Origin: Candidatus Nomurabacteria bacterium
GTDB taxonomy: Bacteria > Patescibacteriota > Minisyncoccia > Phycocordibacterales > UBA918
DNA: 64,000 bases
Direction of reading: 5' to 3'
Assembly (NCBI GenBank): GCA_020632075.1
Contig: JACKGH010000001.1
Span: 387,216-451,215 of the forward strand
Within the stretch, counting starts at the first letter, position 1, and the number at the start of each line of letters is the position of its first letter. Shown here one piece after another: positions 26,556 to 36,255 of this stretch. Under the pieces are notes generated by a model. The model ran no database searches. It was not told the origin of the DNA and was given only the letters and a program-made list of their open reading frames with translations. The translations under genes and the position numbers were made by a program.

Positions 26556-27269
26556 TTACTTGGAGGCGTGCACCGGAAAAAACTGGCTGATCCGATACTC
26601 CAACTGACGCGTGTCGTACTTATCAGCGACTTGAAGCTGCACTTCTCCGACAAAGAAATTCGGGAACGGGGCCATGATCGTATCGGGGTCACCCAATATT
26701 GAGTGAGTTTCGACCCCCAACTGCCTCAAGAGATCCGTCGCTTTGTCGACCGCCTCTTCTGCACTGATAGCCTCGATCTTGATCGGATCAGAGCCGACCG
26801 GACTCTTGAGTGCCGAGTACGAAATGACCGGACAACCATCAGCGTAGGTCACTGATAGTTTAAAAATACCAAAATGCATCATGTTGCTCCCTGAAGTTTC
26901 AGAAATCTCTCTCAAGTACCCTTGCGGTACATACTTAAGAGAAAGTACAGGTTTAGAATTCTCGTAGTCGATCTGGTAGCCCCAGACCCACTCTTCAATT
27001 CTTTGGTGGAAGATACGCTTGATATCTCGAACAACCCCAACGGCAGATTCGACCCACCCGACAACCAACACACGCTGCCCGAGCGAGAATTTCTGAGGCT
27101 GATCGGTACGGTCTGACCCATGTCGTTCACGAGCCTGCCGCGCGGCAGCTTCTGCTTCAGCACGAGGAATGCTCGTATAGAAACAGCAAGGTGCTATATG
27201 CATTGCGGGCGAATCAGCATCATGACAGCCGCAATCACACGGACCGTCAAAGCTGGTCTTATTACACAT
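26556..27269 (-). CDS. hypothetical protein with N-terminal Cys cluster (CDCGCH...CC)
   Basis: CAGGAGACT SD upstream; 237 aa; no family recognised. Confidence 0.5.
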   Translation of the reverse strand: MCNKTSFDGPCDCGCHDADSPAMHIAPCCFYTSIPRAEAEAAARQARERHGSDRTDQPQKFSLGQRVLVVGWVESAVGVVRDIKRIFHQRIEEWVWGYQIDYENSKPVLSLKYVPQGYLREISETSGSNMMHFGIFKLSVTYADGCPVISYSALKSPVGSDPIKIEAISAEEAVDKATDLLRQLGVETHSILGDPDTIMAPFPNFFVGEVQLQVADKYDTRQLEYRISQFFPVHASK

Positions 27270-27354
27270 GTTAAGTCTCCTGTAGGACCGAGTTTCTGAT
27301 AGGAAAAATACAATAATAAATTTAATACGTCAATGACATCTCACGTGCAGTTTC

Positions 27355-27948
27355 CTACTTTTTTCGTCGCACCACAAAAGCGAGCAGCACAACTACCAAA
27401 GTCAGTAGGAGGAACACGGTCGCATTTGATTCATCATCGTTACAGTTGTGACCGCTCGTAAAGGAATACACCACAGAATCAAAGGTCGTCCGGATCTCGG
27501 CGATATCGCTCTTGTCACCCGAAACCTGGATCATGATCGGCTGTCCATCAAGGACGATGTCTATAGACTCCGTTATTTGTACCGCTCCACCAGTCGTGTA
27601 GACCCTTTCTTCGATGTAATAGTATGCATCACACCCAACCACAGTCCGCTTCTCTGCCCCGAGGCCGTTCACGTAGTAGTCTTCCCAATCATCGTCATAC
27701 AGCGGGTCAGATAACTTCACTGCAACAAAGATACCGGTCCAACGGTTTCGAGCCAGGTCGCCACCCTTATTGAAGGTGTACAACCCGTAGTTTCCTCCAT
27801 TTTCAAGATAATCAGATGTATTGTACTGAACAAATGAGTCGTCGATCTGAAATGTGAAATCGTAGGTTTCATCAGTAATAACCGCAGCACCAACAACACT
27901 CGGCGCGAACAATATGAGTAAGCTGAGAATGACTATTTGACGTAGCAT
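27355..27948 (-). CDS. hypothetical secreted protein with C-terminal TM anchor + RRKK tail
   Basis: N-terminal signal peptide MLRQIVILSLLILFAPSVVGAAV; C-terminal LLLTLVVVLLAFVVRRKK. Confidence 0.5.
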   Translation of the reverse strand: MLRQIVILSLLILFAPSVVGAAVITDETYDFTFQIDDSFVQYNTSDYLENGGNYGLYTFNKGGDLARNRWTGIFVAVKLSDPLYDDDWEDYYVNGLGAEKRTVVGCDAYYYIEERVYTTGGAVQITESIDIVLDGQPIMIQVSGDKSDIAEIRTTFDSVVYSFTSGHNCNDDESNATVFLLLTLVVVLLAFVVRRKK

Positions 27949-28223
27949 ACCTATACACTATTCTGAACAACCCACCTCCGCAGTATTACCAGCCGCATCG
28001 GTCGCACTGATCGTAGTCGCCGAGCAGCAACCTCCACTCCAAGAGCTACCATCAGAGCAAACAACGCGATAAGTGGTCGAGCGAGTAAAGCTTTGGTTTT
28101 TGCTAACATACGTACTATGTAAAAAAGCACTAGTAATACGATCGGTGTCCTATTTGTTTAGTGTACCAAAAAAACTATGCCTCCCTTTATAGAACAGTGG
28201 ACATACCACTTCGATTTTTGATC

Positions 28224-30131
28224 CTACAGCTTTTTCACGATCTCGATCAGATCGGTCACCGACTCCGGATTCATGAGGGTGGAAACATCGCCGAGCGCAT
28301 CGTATTCTTTATTTGCGATCTTTCGTACAATTCGCCGCATGATCTTTCCTGATCGGGTCTTTGGTAATGCTGCGACAGCCACGATCTGATCCGGTCGTGC
28401 AAATGAACCAACCTGCTTTTTTACCAAGTCACCGAGCTCGACATATGTCTCCTCAGTGATCGTCGCAGAAGCCGTCGGACAGACAAAGACGCACATTGAG
28501 CACCCTTTAACTGGGTGAGGTATAGTGACTGCCGCCGCTTCGACAATATCCGGATGTAACACTAGAGCGCTCTCAACCTCTGCAGTACCGATCAGTCGAC
28601 CAGAGATATTCATAACATCATCGATCCTACCAGAGATCCACAGATGTCCATCAGCATCTCTACGCACACCATCTCCTGGTAAGTAATACCCTGGATACTG
28701 GCTGAAATACACCTCTAGATACCGCTCGTGATCGTTAAACAAATCTCTCATCTGCCCCGGCCACGAACCCTTAAGAAGCAGTATCCCTTCACACTCTCCT
28801 GTGAGCTCGTTTCCATCAGCATCCACGATCACAGGTTGAATACCAAAGAATGGTTGCATAGCTGCCCCCGGCTTTGGATCCACCGTTCCAGGAATAGGTG
28901 TCAGCGCGTGGCCACCCGTCTCGGTCTGCCACCAGGTATCGACAATGTAGCACTGTCCGCGACCAACCACATCGTGATACCAATGCCACGCTTCGGGGTT
29001 GATCGGCTCACCTACCGTACCCAAGATCTGAAGGCTCTGCCGCGACGTCTTGGTCACAAACTCATCTCCTTGCCCCATCAACATCCTGATCGCAGTCGGC
29101 GTACTGTAAAATGTCGTGACTGAATATTTGTCGATCACCTCCCAGTAACGAGATGCGTCGGGATAGGTCGGCACGCCCTCAAACAATACTGAGGTAGCAC
29201 CATTACAGAGGGGACCGTATACCATATAGGTATGCCCTGTGATCCAGCCGACATCGGCAGCACACCAGTACACATCGTCTGGCTGATAATCAAAGGTGTA
29301 GCGGTGTGTCATCGCTGCATACAGTAAGTACCCTCCCGTTGTATGCAAGACCCCCTTTGGCTTACCAGTTGAACCAGACGTATACAAGATAAACAACGGA
29401 TCTTCAGCCTCCATACTCTCTGGCTCGCACACCACATCTTGCTTCATAATTTCTGCACGATAATCGACACTTGTATCTCCAAGCACCAACGGTTCAGACC
29501 CGATCTGCACCACCACAGTGGTATGTACCGTGGGACAATCTGGCAAAATGGCATCGACATTGGCTTGTAGTGGATTTTGCTTTGGACCACGCTTCACATA
29601 ATCGGCAGTGATCACTGCTACACAAGCCGCATCATGAATCCGAGACTGTAGCGCTTCGGCTGAAAAACCACCAAACACCACCGTATGCACCGCTCCAATG
29701 CGTGCACACGCCAGCATGGCGTACACCGCCTCTGGTATCATCGGCATGTAAATACACACCCGATCACCCTTCGTAACACCACGAGATTTCAATAGATTAG
29801 CGAAACGAGACACCTCTTCTAATAGCTGTTGATACGTGATATCGATCCGCTGCCCTTCGTTACCTTCCCAGTAGTACGCTACTCGCGCACCCATACCAGC
29901 CTCGACATGTCGGTCTATACAGTTGTAGCTCACATTTAAAGTACCACCATCAAACCAACGCACCCTGCCCTGCTCGACATCATGCGTAAAGACAGTGTCC
30001 CACTTCGTATCCCACACCAACAACTCCTCAGCCTGCTCAGACCAAAACCCCTCTGGATCAGTGATCGATCGCTGATACATTTCTTGATACTTCTCTTGGT
30101 CTAGTCGTGTGGTTCGCTGTGCAAAATTCAT
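28224..30131 (-). CDS. acs: acetyl-CoA synthetase (AMP-forming)
   Basis: YTSGSTGKPKGV AMP-binding motif, N-terminal EQAEELLVWDTKW, 635 aa, overall ACS pattern. Confidence 0.9.
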   Translation of the reverse strand: MNFAQRTTRLDQEKYQEMYQRSITDPEGFWSEQAEELLVWDTKWDTVFTHDVEQGRVRWFDGGTLNVSYNCIDRHVEAGMGARVAYYWEGNEGQRIDITYQQLLEEVSRFANLLKSRGVTKGDRVCIYMPMIPEAVYAMLACARIGAVHTVVFGGFSAEALQSRIHDAACVAVITADYVKRGPKQNPLQANVDAILPDCPTVHTTVVVQIGSEPLVLGDTSVDYRAEIMKQDVVCEPESMEAEDPLFILYTSGSTGKPKGVLHTTGGYLLYAAMTHRYTFDYQPDDVYWCAADVGWITGHTYMVYGPLCNGATSVLFEGVPTYPDASRYWEVIDKYSVTTFYSTPTAIRMLMGQGDEFVTKTSRQSLQILGTVGEPINPEAWHWYHDVVGRGQCYIVDTWWQTETGGHALTPIPGTVDPKPGAAMQPFFGIQPVIVDADGNELTGECEGILLLKGSWPGQMRDLFNDHERYLEVYFSQYPGYYLPGDGVRRDADGHLWISGRIDDVMNISGRLIGTAEVESALVLHPDIVEAAAVTIPHPVKGCSMCVFVCPTASATITEETYVELGDLVKKQVGSFARPDQIVAVAALPKTRSGKIMRRIVRKIANKEYDALGDVSTLMNPESVTDLIEIVKKL

Positions 30132-30156
30132 ATTGTCTTAGGATAGCATATAGCAC

Positions 30157-32139
30157 TTAGTCTTCTTTTTGAGCAACGGCAAACGTGTCCATCATCCACG
30201 CATCAAACGTATCAGCGAGACGCGCCGCCATCTCCTTACTAATGTGATCATCATCCATGATCACCAACAAGTCTTCCTCCGAGACATACTTCCGACATAC
30301 CGACCCTGGACAAATATATTCATACGGGTCAAAAATAGACACATTGGCATACTCACGAGCTACCTCCGCATACAGATCTCGTATAAATGCAGCGCGTGCA
30401 AGATCGTCAGTTTTAGATAATTCGCAATGACGACCAAGTAGTGCGCACGACTGGGGTCCAGAAGCGAACACTGGCGTTGGCGCGATGAAGATCAGTTCGA
30501 CCGCTGGATCGAACCGCTCAATATACTCTCGTACACTTTTCTCAAGCACCTGAGCATATTGAGGCTGCTGATCAATATGTAGAGAAGTAACGTAGTACAC
30601 CGTTTCAAAGGATTCACTCACTCTGTTCACTTCGCTCGCACGAGCTTGTATCACGTCGCTACCCGCCACAAACTCAGACGTCAACGGCACTCTCGGAAAG
30701 CCGTCAAAATAAAACGCATCCACTACCCGAGACTCTTCAAACATCGGAATAAAGTGCGTCGCGTGGCTATCTCCGGTTAGATACAGCAAGGTGGAATCGC
30801 CTTGCTGACCAGCAACAAAACATTCTTCTCGTAAGCCATACCTATTAAGATCACTTGTAGTATCTCCATACCCACACACTGTCACGGATCTACCAAAAAA
30901 AGTCTGTGCTGGCTGAACTCGATCACCGAGCGAGAGTGTTCGTTCAATATAATTAATACTTTTGCTCGTATGAGAAAAATCATTGAGGGCTGTGTTGACC
31001 TGCAACCTGATCATATCGACCTGTGTCAGACTGAACACAACAATGGTGGCCGCGGTTACCATAATGAGCTTCCACCGACTAACTAGCGCAGATAAGAATT
31101 TCTCCAACCCACTTGAATAGCGGAGTGGCGTTTCTACCAGATGATACGAAAGCACCGCTGCTGCAACAGTTGCGACTGTCGCTACCAAAACAAAGGCTAC
31201 AGCATCCAGATACAGTCCTGCAAAATAGATCACCGGTAGGTGCCAGAGATACAATGAATACGATATTTTTCCGACGTACAAAACGACGCGATTACCTAGC
31301 ACCCTCTGATTCAGGAAAGCCGTCCCGCCAGCCAAGATGATAAAGACCACAGACAACACCGCGAAAAATATCTCCAGCTGCAAGCCAAATCTCGCCTCAG
31401 GGAAAAACTGCAGAATACCAATGATCGTCAATCCTGCAGCAGCAAAGTAGTTTGGTATAGCATACTGCTCCAGTTTCTCCCGCAAGAAAAACAAAGCACA
31501 ACCAACGCCCAACTCCCAAAAACGCGCAACTGGTGAATAGAACGCACCGATCAATTCATCGGCGTAATAGGTAGAGATCAGAAAAAACACACACGCCACC
31601 CCAGCAATAATAAAACCCGCAGTATGTATCGCCAGCTTCCGCTGGCGGACCCACCAGAGGATCCCAATGAGCAGAAGCGGGTACAGCACATAAAACTGCT
31701 CTTCCACACCTAGTGACCATGTATGCAGCAGCGGATTGATCAGATCCTGATGAAAGTATTCGTCACCACGGAATAAAAAGTATACATTCGAAAGCGCGAA
31801 GACTGAGCTGACTGCGCTTTTCACAAATAAATTTGTATCCCAAAGGAAGCCGAAAAACAGATACAGTACGGTAGTACCAAGCAGCATGCAAAGCAGCGCT
31901 GGATACAAACGCTTAAATCGCCGTACATAAAATTTCTTCAGATCGACCCTGCCGTTTTCTAGATACCCTTTGTAGAGCGACTGGGTAATAACATACCCCG
32001 ATATGACGAAGAAAATATCAACACCCAGGTACCCACCCTGAAAGTGGTCCGGATACATATGAAAAAGGATCACCGCGATCACCGCGATCGCTCGCAATCC
32101 ATCGATGTAAGGAATGTATTTCAAACTTGCTGCACGCAT
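30157..32139 (-). CDS. acyltransferase family 3 (OafA/YrhL-like O-acetyltransferase) with C-terminal SGNH-like domain
   Basis: MRAASLKYIPYIDGLRAIAVIAVILFH...GVDIFFVISGYV N-terminal AT3 signature, about 10 TM, then soluble about 300-aa domain (GDSHATHF). Confidence 0.8.
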   Translation of the reverse strand: MRAASLKYIPYIDGLRAIAVIAVILFHMYPDHFQGGYLGVDIFFVISGYVITQSLYKGYLENGRVDLKKFYVRRFKRLYPALLCMLLGTTVLYLFFGFLWDTNLFVKSAVSSVFALSNVYFLFRGDEYFHQDLINPLLHTWSLGVEEQFYVLYPLLLIGILWWVRQRKLAIHTAGFIIAGVACVFFLISTYYADELIGAFYSPVARFWELGVGCALFFLREKLEQYAIPNYFAAAGLTIIGILQFFPEARFGLQLEIFFAVLSVVFIILAGGTAFLNQRVLGNRVVLYVGKISYSLYLWHLPVIYFAGLYLDAVAFVLVATVATVAAAVLSYHLVETPLRYSSGLEKFLSALVSRWKLIMVTAATIVVFSLTQVDMIRLQVNTALNDFSHTSKSINYIERTLSLGDRVQPAQTFFGRSVTVCGYGDTTSDLNRYGLREECFVAGQQGDSTLLYLTGDSHATHFIPMFEESRVVDAFYFDGFPRVPLTSEFVAGSDVIQARASEVNRVSESFETVYYVTSLHIDQQPQYAQVLEKSVREYIERFDPAVELIFIAPTPVFASGPQSCALLGRHCELSKTDDLARAAFIRDLYAEVAREYANVSIFDPYEYICPGSVCRKYVSEEDLLVIMDDDHISKEMAARLADTFDAWMMDTFAVAQKED

Positions 32140-32337
32140 ACCCGATCCGTCATTCTGTCATTAATTAAAAGGTATTATACAGATGTCTCTGCCTCTCCAA
32201 TACCTAAAATTCGCCCTGGCAACAAAAAGGAGAAATGGCAAATTACAGATACTGCATCAGACTGTTGCACTTTAAGACTGACGCCACCAGGATTTCATAC
32301 ACAAATAACTTTATAGGCTCAAATCCATCAAACAGAA

Positions 32338-32362
32338 AGTCCAAGCATTTCATGCTTGGACT
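32338..32362. terminator. hairpin AGTCCAAGCAT-TTC-ATGCTTGGACT flanked by AAA/TTT (bidirectional terminator-like)
   Basis: 11-bp perfect stem read directly. Confidence 0.5.
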
Positions 32363-32417
32363 TTCTGTTATAAAGCTCTCCTTGTGGGATGATGTTCGAA
32401 CTTTTTGTACAAATGAG

Positions 32418-32446
32418 AAGACCCCGCGTACGTGACGCGGGGTCTT
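32418..32446. terminator. hairpin AAGACCCCGCG-N7-CGCGGGGTCTT immediately 3' of minus-strand gene 32463..32822
   Basis: 11-bp perfect stem read directly. Confidence 0.5.
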
Positions 32447-32462
32447 GGGTGTCCGATTAACA

Positions 32463-32822
32463 TCAATCGAGATCGAAGTCCCAGAAGTGGATATTGACCA
32501 ATGCACCGTTCTTGGCAACGAGACCGCCAAGTGCTTTGACCAACGCCTGAGCCTCAAGCGAGGTCTTGTTGTTGGGGTCAACATCTGACCAGCTGAGCAT
32601 GTAGTCGTACACACCCAACTCGGACAAAGACTGTCGCAAGGACTCTTCAGAATTTGCTTGCCCGACGAGATACCGCAGACTGGCTTCACGTTCAGTCTCG
32701 TCCATCTCGTACCAACCTTTCGTCTCCAGAAGATGTGGGACAACCGCATCAACGACCTGGTCAATCATTTCGTAGTGTTCGATTGCACCGTTAACAGCGG
32801 GACTATTGAGAACGTCTACCAT
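32463..32822 (-). CDS. hypothetical protein (119 aa)
   Basis: ORF track 32463..32882; likely ATG 32822 (MVDVLNSP) with GTGGAGGAAA SD. Confidence 0.45.
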   Translation of the reverse strand: MVDVLNSPAVNGAIEHYEMIDQVVDAVVPHLLETKGWYEMDETEREASLRYLVGQANSEESLRQSLSELGVYDYMLSWSDVDPNNKTSLEAQALVKALGGLVAKNGALVNIHFWDFDLD

Positions 32823-32912
32823 TGTTTGTTTCCTCCACAGAAAACTAGTCAGTTCATTTCGGAAATACCCTACACAAAACAATACGCTATAAATAGCGTA
32901 TTGTCAATAGTG

Positions 32913-33234
32913 CTCCGCCGGTAGGATTCGAACCTACGACCAATCGGTTACATCTTGTCCGAAAATTTCTTAACGGGATGGACTATATCATCATCCTGAT
33001 CTGATAACCGTGGGATGTGAGGGGCTTCGAGCAACTTCCTGCCCTACTTCCTTTCGGAATAGTCTCTGAACCTTCCTTGGATTACTCCTTGGCTTGGCTG
33101 CTGATTGCCCGCGCACGCGCTAGGGGTTCCAGCAATTCACCTCATGTTTCCGTACCTCATTACTGAGGAAGGCTGCTATTTAGAACATTTGTTCAATGTT
33201 ACAGCCGACTGCTCTACCACTGAGCTACGGCGGA
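32913..33234 (-). tRNA. tRNA gene (most consistent with tRNA-Asn, anticodon GUU) interrupted by a 250-nt group I intron; exon 1 33201..33234, exon 2 32913..32950
   Basis: Minus-strand 5' half UCCGCCG-UA-GCUC-AGUGGUA-GAGC-A-GUCGG-CUGU and 3' half UAA-CCGAU-UGGUC-GUAGG-UUCGAAU-CCUAC-CGGCGGA-G fold into a canonical cloverleaf (7-bp acceptor, TΨCGAAU loop, 5-nt variable loop); U1-A72 plus G73 and CUGUUAA loop match bacterial tRNA-Asn. Confidence 0.7.
32951..33200 (-). ncRNA. group I (self-splicing-type) intron in anticodon loop of tRNA, between anticodon positions 35 and 36
   Basis: 5' exon ends in U, intron ends in G; internal guide GCAGCC (intron nt about 24-29) pairs with exon end GGCUGU including the G·U wobble; conserved core elements present: P AAUUGCUGGAA, Q AAUCAGCAGCC, R GUUCAGAGACUA, S AUAUAGUCC. 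Confidence 0.75.
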
Positions 33235-33263
33235 ATATGTAATTGTTACTTGTACAAACAAGT

Positions 33264-33644
33264 ATGGCTATTTTACAGATTTTCAACCAATATACAACCT
33301 CCTCACCAACATGGTATACTACATGTTGTATGCCAAAGAAGGATACTCGAACATATGCAGATCGAGCAGAATATCTCAAGAGAGCCGTCGCTGAACGAAG
33401 ACGTCTTCTGCGTCAAAGAGCGGTTGAGTATGGAGGCGGAAAATGCCAGATCTGTGGATACAAGAAATGCATCAACGCCCTCTCCTTCCACCACAAGGAC
33501 CCTTCGCAGAAAGATTTTGGATTGTCAGCACGTGGTACGACAAGATCATGGGAAAAAATGAAAACTGAAATTGATAAATGCATTCTTGTATGTGCAAACT
33601 GTCACGCAGAAATACACGCCGGAATAACAAAACTACGAAATTAA
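33264..33644 (+). CDS. free-standing HNH endonuclease adjacent to intron-containing tRNA
   Basis: CQICGY...SFHHKDPSQKDFGL...N...CILVCANCHAEIH motif set; ORF track 33243 (TTG); ATG candidates 33264 or 33330. Confidence 0.7.
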   Translation: MAILQIFNQYTTSSPTWYTTCCMPKKDTRTYADRAEYLKRAVAERRRLLRQRAVEYGGGKCQICGYKKCINALSFHHKDPSQKDFGLSARGTTRSWEKMKTEIDKCILVCANCHAEIHAGITKLRN

Positions 33645-33747
33645 CTGACCAAAATCTCATTGCTCTAAAAGTTGCTTTTTAAAAAAATTATTGTACTATT
33701 TCACCCAGCTTGAACCTGTTACTTACACACCACAGAGGAGTGTGCAC

Positions 33748-34374
33748 ATGTCGACAAACGACATCGACCAAAAAGATCCGCTCTGTCCCGAGCGCCGGTA
33801 CGCAGCTGGCTATGCTGAAGAAGAGGGCCGGCAAGCCGCTGGCCTGAAGTGGATGATCATCAAGTATGGACTCATCGTGCTGGTGATCAGTGGCGCTGGC
33901 TGGACCGCATGGTCATATGTTGGCAACGCAACAGCCGGTGCTATGGAAAAAGTCACCCCTTGTTTCATGTCGGAGACCAAGCGCTGCGGCGCGTGGGCGC
34001 ATCCTTCCGAATGGAATATTCCCTTCTTCGGTGATGATGCAGAGGAGGAAACGCAAGTCGCTGCTCCTGAGCCGGAAAATGACGATCCGTCATGGTTCGC
34101 CAGAAAGAAAGCGGGAATCGCAGAATGGTGGAACAAGTCGGATGATAAGCCAGAAACGGCATCGATCGAAAGCACTACCGCTGAGACCATAGACGTCGCA
34201 CCGCCGGCAGATACCAGCCTGAAGACAGCAGACAAACCACCGGTCGTCGTCGCTGAAGCAGCGGCATCCGAGCCTCCGAAGGCAAGTCAGGCGACAGAAG
34301 CCACGACCACCGAGGTCGAAGTCGCCTCGACCAACGCCGACTGCAAGTGGTGGAAATTCTGTTTCGGTGAGTAG
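33748..34374 (+). CDS. hypothetical membrane-anchored protein with acidic Pro/Ala/Thr/Glu-rich low-complexity C-terminal region
   Basis: ORF track 33691..34374; likely ATG 33748 with AGAGGAG SD; single TM (LKWMIIKYGLIVLVISGAGWTAW); GC-rich coding. Confidence 0.5.
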   Translation: MSTNDIDQKDPLCPERRYAAGYAEEEGRQAAGLKWMIIKYGLIVLVISGAGWTAWSYVGNATAGAMEKVTPCFMSETKRCGAWAHPSEWNIPFFGDDAEEETQVAAPEPENDDPSWFARKKAGIAEWWNKSDDKPETASIESTTAETIDVAPPADTSLKTADKPPVVVAEAAASEPPKASQATEATTTEVEVASTNADCKWWKFCFGE

Positions 34375-34386
34375 CACCGTACACAA

Positions 34387-34418
34387 ACGTCGTTCGCAAA
34401 TGCGGACGGCGTTTTTTT
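34387..34418 (+). terminator. rho-independent terminator ACGTCGTTCGC-AAAT-GCGGACGGCGT + TTTTTTT
   Basis: 11-bp stem (2 G·U) and 7-T run read directly after stop of 33748..34374. Confidence 0.7.
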
Positions 34419-34435
34419 GAGGTATGATGCGACTC

Positions 34436-35299
34436 ATGCCAGAACTACCAGAAGTGGAAACCGTACGACTGCAATTACTGCGAAAAGTGGTCGGGAAAAC
34501 GATCGATTCGGTCGAGGTATTTCACAATAAGACGGTCAGTCATGATGTAGAGATCGAAGATCGATTGCGTGGAAAAACGATCGAACACATCGACCGGGTT
34601 GGCAAACTCATGATCTTCTCTTTTGTGAGCGAAGAAGATCTATTTCTTTTGGCGCACCTCAAGATGACTGGGCAGTTTTTTTATGTCGGGAAAGATGCGG
34701 CGGTGACGGGCGGCGGTCATTCCATGACCGCCGCCGATATGAACCTACCAATGAAGCACACTCGTGTTGCATTTCATTTCACCGATCACACCACTCTCTA
34801 CTTCAATGACATGCGTCTCTTTGGGTATACAAAAGTAGTCGACCGGGCGGAAATGGAACGAGCAAGAAACGGGTTTGGGCCGGAGCCGATCAGCGACGAT
34901 TTTGATTGTGCATGGTTCGCTGATCGGCTCCGGAGAAGAAAGACTTCAGTCAAAGCCGCGCTCCTTGATCAATCATTCATCGCAGGCCTCGGGAATATTT
35001 ATGTCGACGAAGCACTGTGGCGTGCGCAAGTACGACCGACCAGGCGAGCTGATAAGGTGACCAAGAAGGCTGCGGTCGCTCTCTGCCGCGCTGCCGGAGA
35101 CGTGATGAAAGAATCGATCGCCGTCGGCGGCACTACCTTCCAACACTTCAAAGACACTGGTGGCGAAAACGGCAATTTCACCGACTATCTCAAGGTTTTT
35201 GGTCAGCACGGCACCAAGTGCCCCCGCTGTGGAACCCTCATCAAAAAGATCCGCTGCGCCGGCCGCGGGACACACTATTGTCCAGGGTGTCAGAAGTAA
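34436..35299 (+). CDS. mutM: formamidopyrimidine-DNA glycosylase (Fpg/MutM, Fpg/Nei family)
   Basis: N-terminal MPELPEVE catalytic Pro2/Glu3, H2TH region, C-terminal zinc finger CPRCGTLIKKIRCAGRGTHYCPGCQ. Confidence 0.85.
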   Translation: MPELPEVETVRLQLLRKVVGKTIDSVEVFHNKTVSHDVEIEDRLRGKTIEHIDRVGKLMIFSFVSEEDLFLLAHLKMTGQFFYVGKDAAVTGGGHSMTAADMNLPMKHTRVAFHFTDHTTLYFNDMRLFGYTKVVDRAEMERARNGFGPEPISDDFDCAWFADRLRRRKTSVKAALLDQSFIAGLGNIYVDEALWRAQVRPTRRADKVTKKAAVALCRAAGDVMKESIAVGGTTFQHFKDTGGENGNFTDYLKVFGQHGTKCPRCGTLIKKIRCAGRGTHYCPGCQK

Positions 35300-35518
35300 T
35301 TAATCGACTTTCACACTGGCACGACCCCAGGCCACTCTTCCCCACGCTCGTTCGTGGCCGTAATAGAACAGGAGTTTCAGCACCACATCGAGCACAATAA
35401 ATGACGCGGCTAGCTCGTGACTACCAGTGAGGAAGTACGTGATTCCTGCCCCGGTACCGGTAGCGATAAACCGCCAGGTGATACCCTTAACAAAACTTCG
35501 TATTCGTGAATCTTTCAT
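35300..35518 (-). CDS. hypothetical small membrane protein (72 aa)
   Basis: ORF track 35300..35617; likely ATG 35518 (MKDSRIRSFVKGITWRFIATGTGAGITYFLTG...HERAW); 2 TM. Confidence 0.4.
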   Translation of the reverse strand: MKDSRIRSFVKGITWRFIATGTGAGITYFLTGSHELAASFIVLDVVLKLLFYYGHERAWGRVAWGRASVKVD

Positions 35519-35538
35519 GACTTTAGTATACTGCGGAG

Positions 35539-36201
35539 ATGGAAGTAAAAATCGAACCATCGTGGAAAGCTGCCCTGAAGGAGGAATTTGAAAAGCCTTA
35601 TTTTGCCGATCTCTCACAGAAGGTGAAAGAAGCGTATCTTTCGAAGGCCATCTATCCTGCTCCGAAAAATGTCTTCAATGCGTTTACACTCTGTCCGTTT
35701 GATCAGGTGAAGGTGGTGATCCTTGGACAAGACCCATACCACGGACCCGGCCAAGCTCACGGGCTTTCCTTCTCCGTGCAAGATGATGTAAAGATCCCAC
35801 CCTCACTCCAAAATATCTATAAAGAGATCAAAGCCGATATTGGTACTAGTGTACCAGAAAGTGGAAATCTTGAGCGCTGGGCCAAGCAAGGAGTCCTACT
35901 TCTCAACGCCACGCTAACGGTAGAACAAAGCAAGCCCGGCTCACACCAAGGACTCGGCTGGGAGCAGTTTACCGACTCGGTGATCAAAACTATCTCAGAC
36001 CAAAAAGAGCATGTGGTCTTTCTACTCTGGGGCAACTTCGCGCGCTCAAAGGCAGCCCTCATTGATACTACAAAACACCTTGTGCTCGAAGCCCCTCACC
36101 CCTCCCCTTTCTCGGCTCACTCTGGCTTCTTTGGCTGCAAACATTTCAGCAAGACCAATGAGTACCTAGAAAAACAAAAACTATCTCCAATCGACTGGTA
36201 A
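35539..36201 (+). CDS. ung: uracil-DNA glycosylase (family 1)
   Basis: VVILGQDPYHGPGQAHGLSFSV water-activating loop motif, HPSPFSA C-terminal motif; GCGGAG SD. Confidence 0.9.
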   Translation: MEVKIEPSWKAALKEEFEKPYFADLSQKVKEAYLSKAIYPAPKNVFNAFTLCPFDQVKVVILGQDPYHGPGQAHGLSFSVQDDVKIPPSLQNIYKEIKADIGTSVPESGNLERWAKQGVLLLNATLTVEQSKPGSHQGLGWEQFTDSVIKTISDQKEHVVFLLWGNFARSKAALIDTTKHLVLEAPHPSPFSAHSGFFGCKHFSKTNEYLEKQKLSPIDW

Positions 36202-36206
36202 TAGAA

Positions 36207-36233
36207 AAGGCGTCCGAAGACGCCTTTGTTGTG
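36207..36233 (+). terminator. rho-independent terminator AAGGCGTC-CGAA-GACGCCTT + TGTTGTG
   Basis: 8-bp stem after ung stop. Confidence 0.6.
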
Positions 36234-36255
36234 CTCCCGAAGGAGCGTGAGAAGA

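Noticed and set aside
27958-28110. 50-aa minus-strand ORF (MLAKTKALLARPLIALFALMVALGVEV...) in the 275-bp gap before acs
   Set aside because: No SD or promoter features and below track threshold. Possible small membrane peptide, but evidence is too thin to call.
32913-33234. Reading the split tRNA as tRNA-Tyr (GUA) or tRNA-Thr (GGU/UGU)
   Set aside because: Tyr would require a long variable arm; only 5 nt are present. Thr readings require an exon ending in G or an intron ending in A, violating the group I U|...G| rule. Asn(GUU) fits the splice rule and identity elements.
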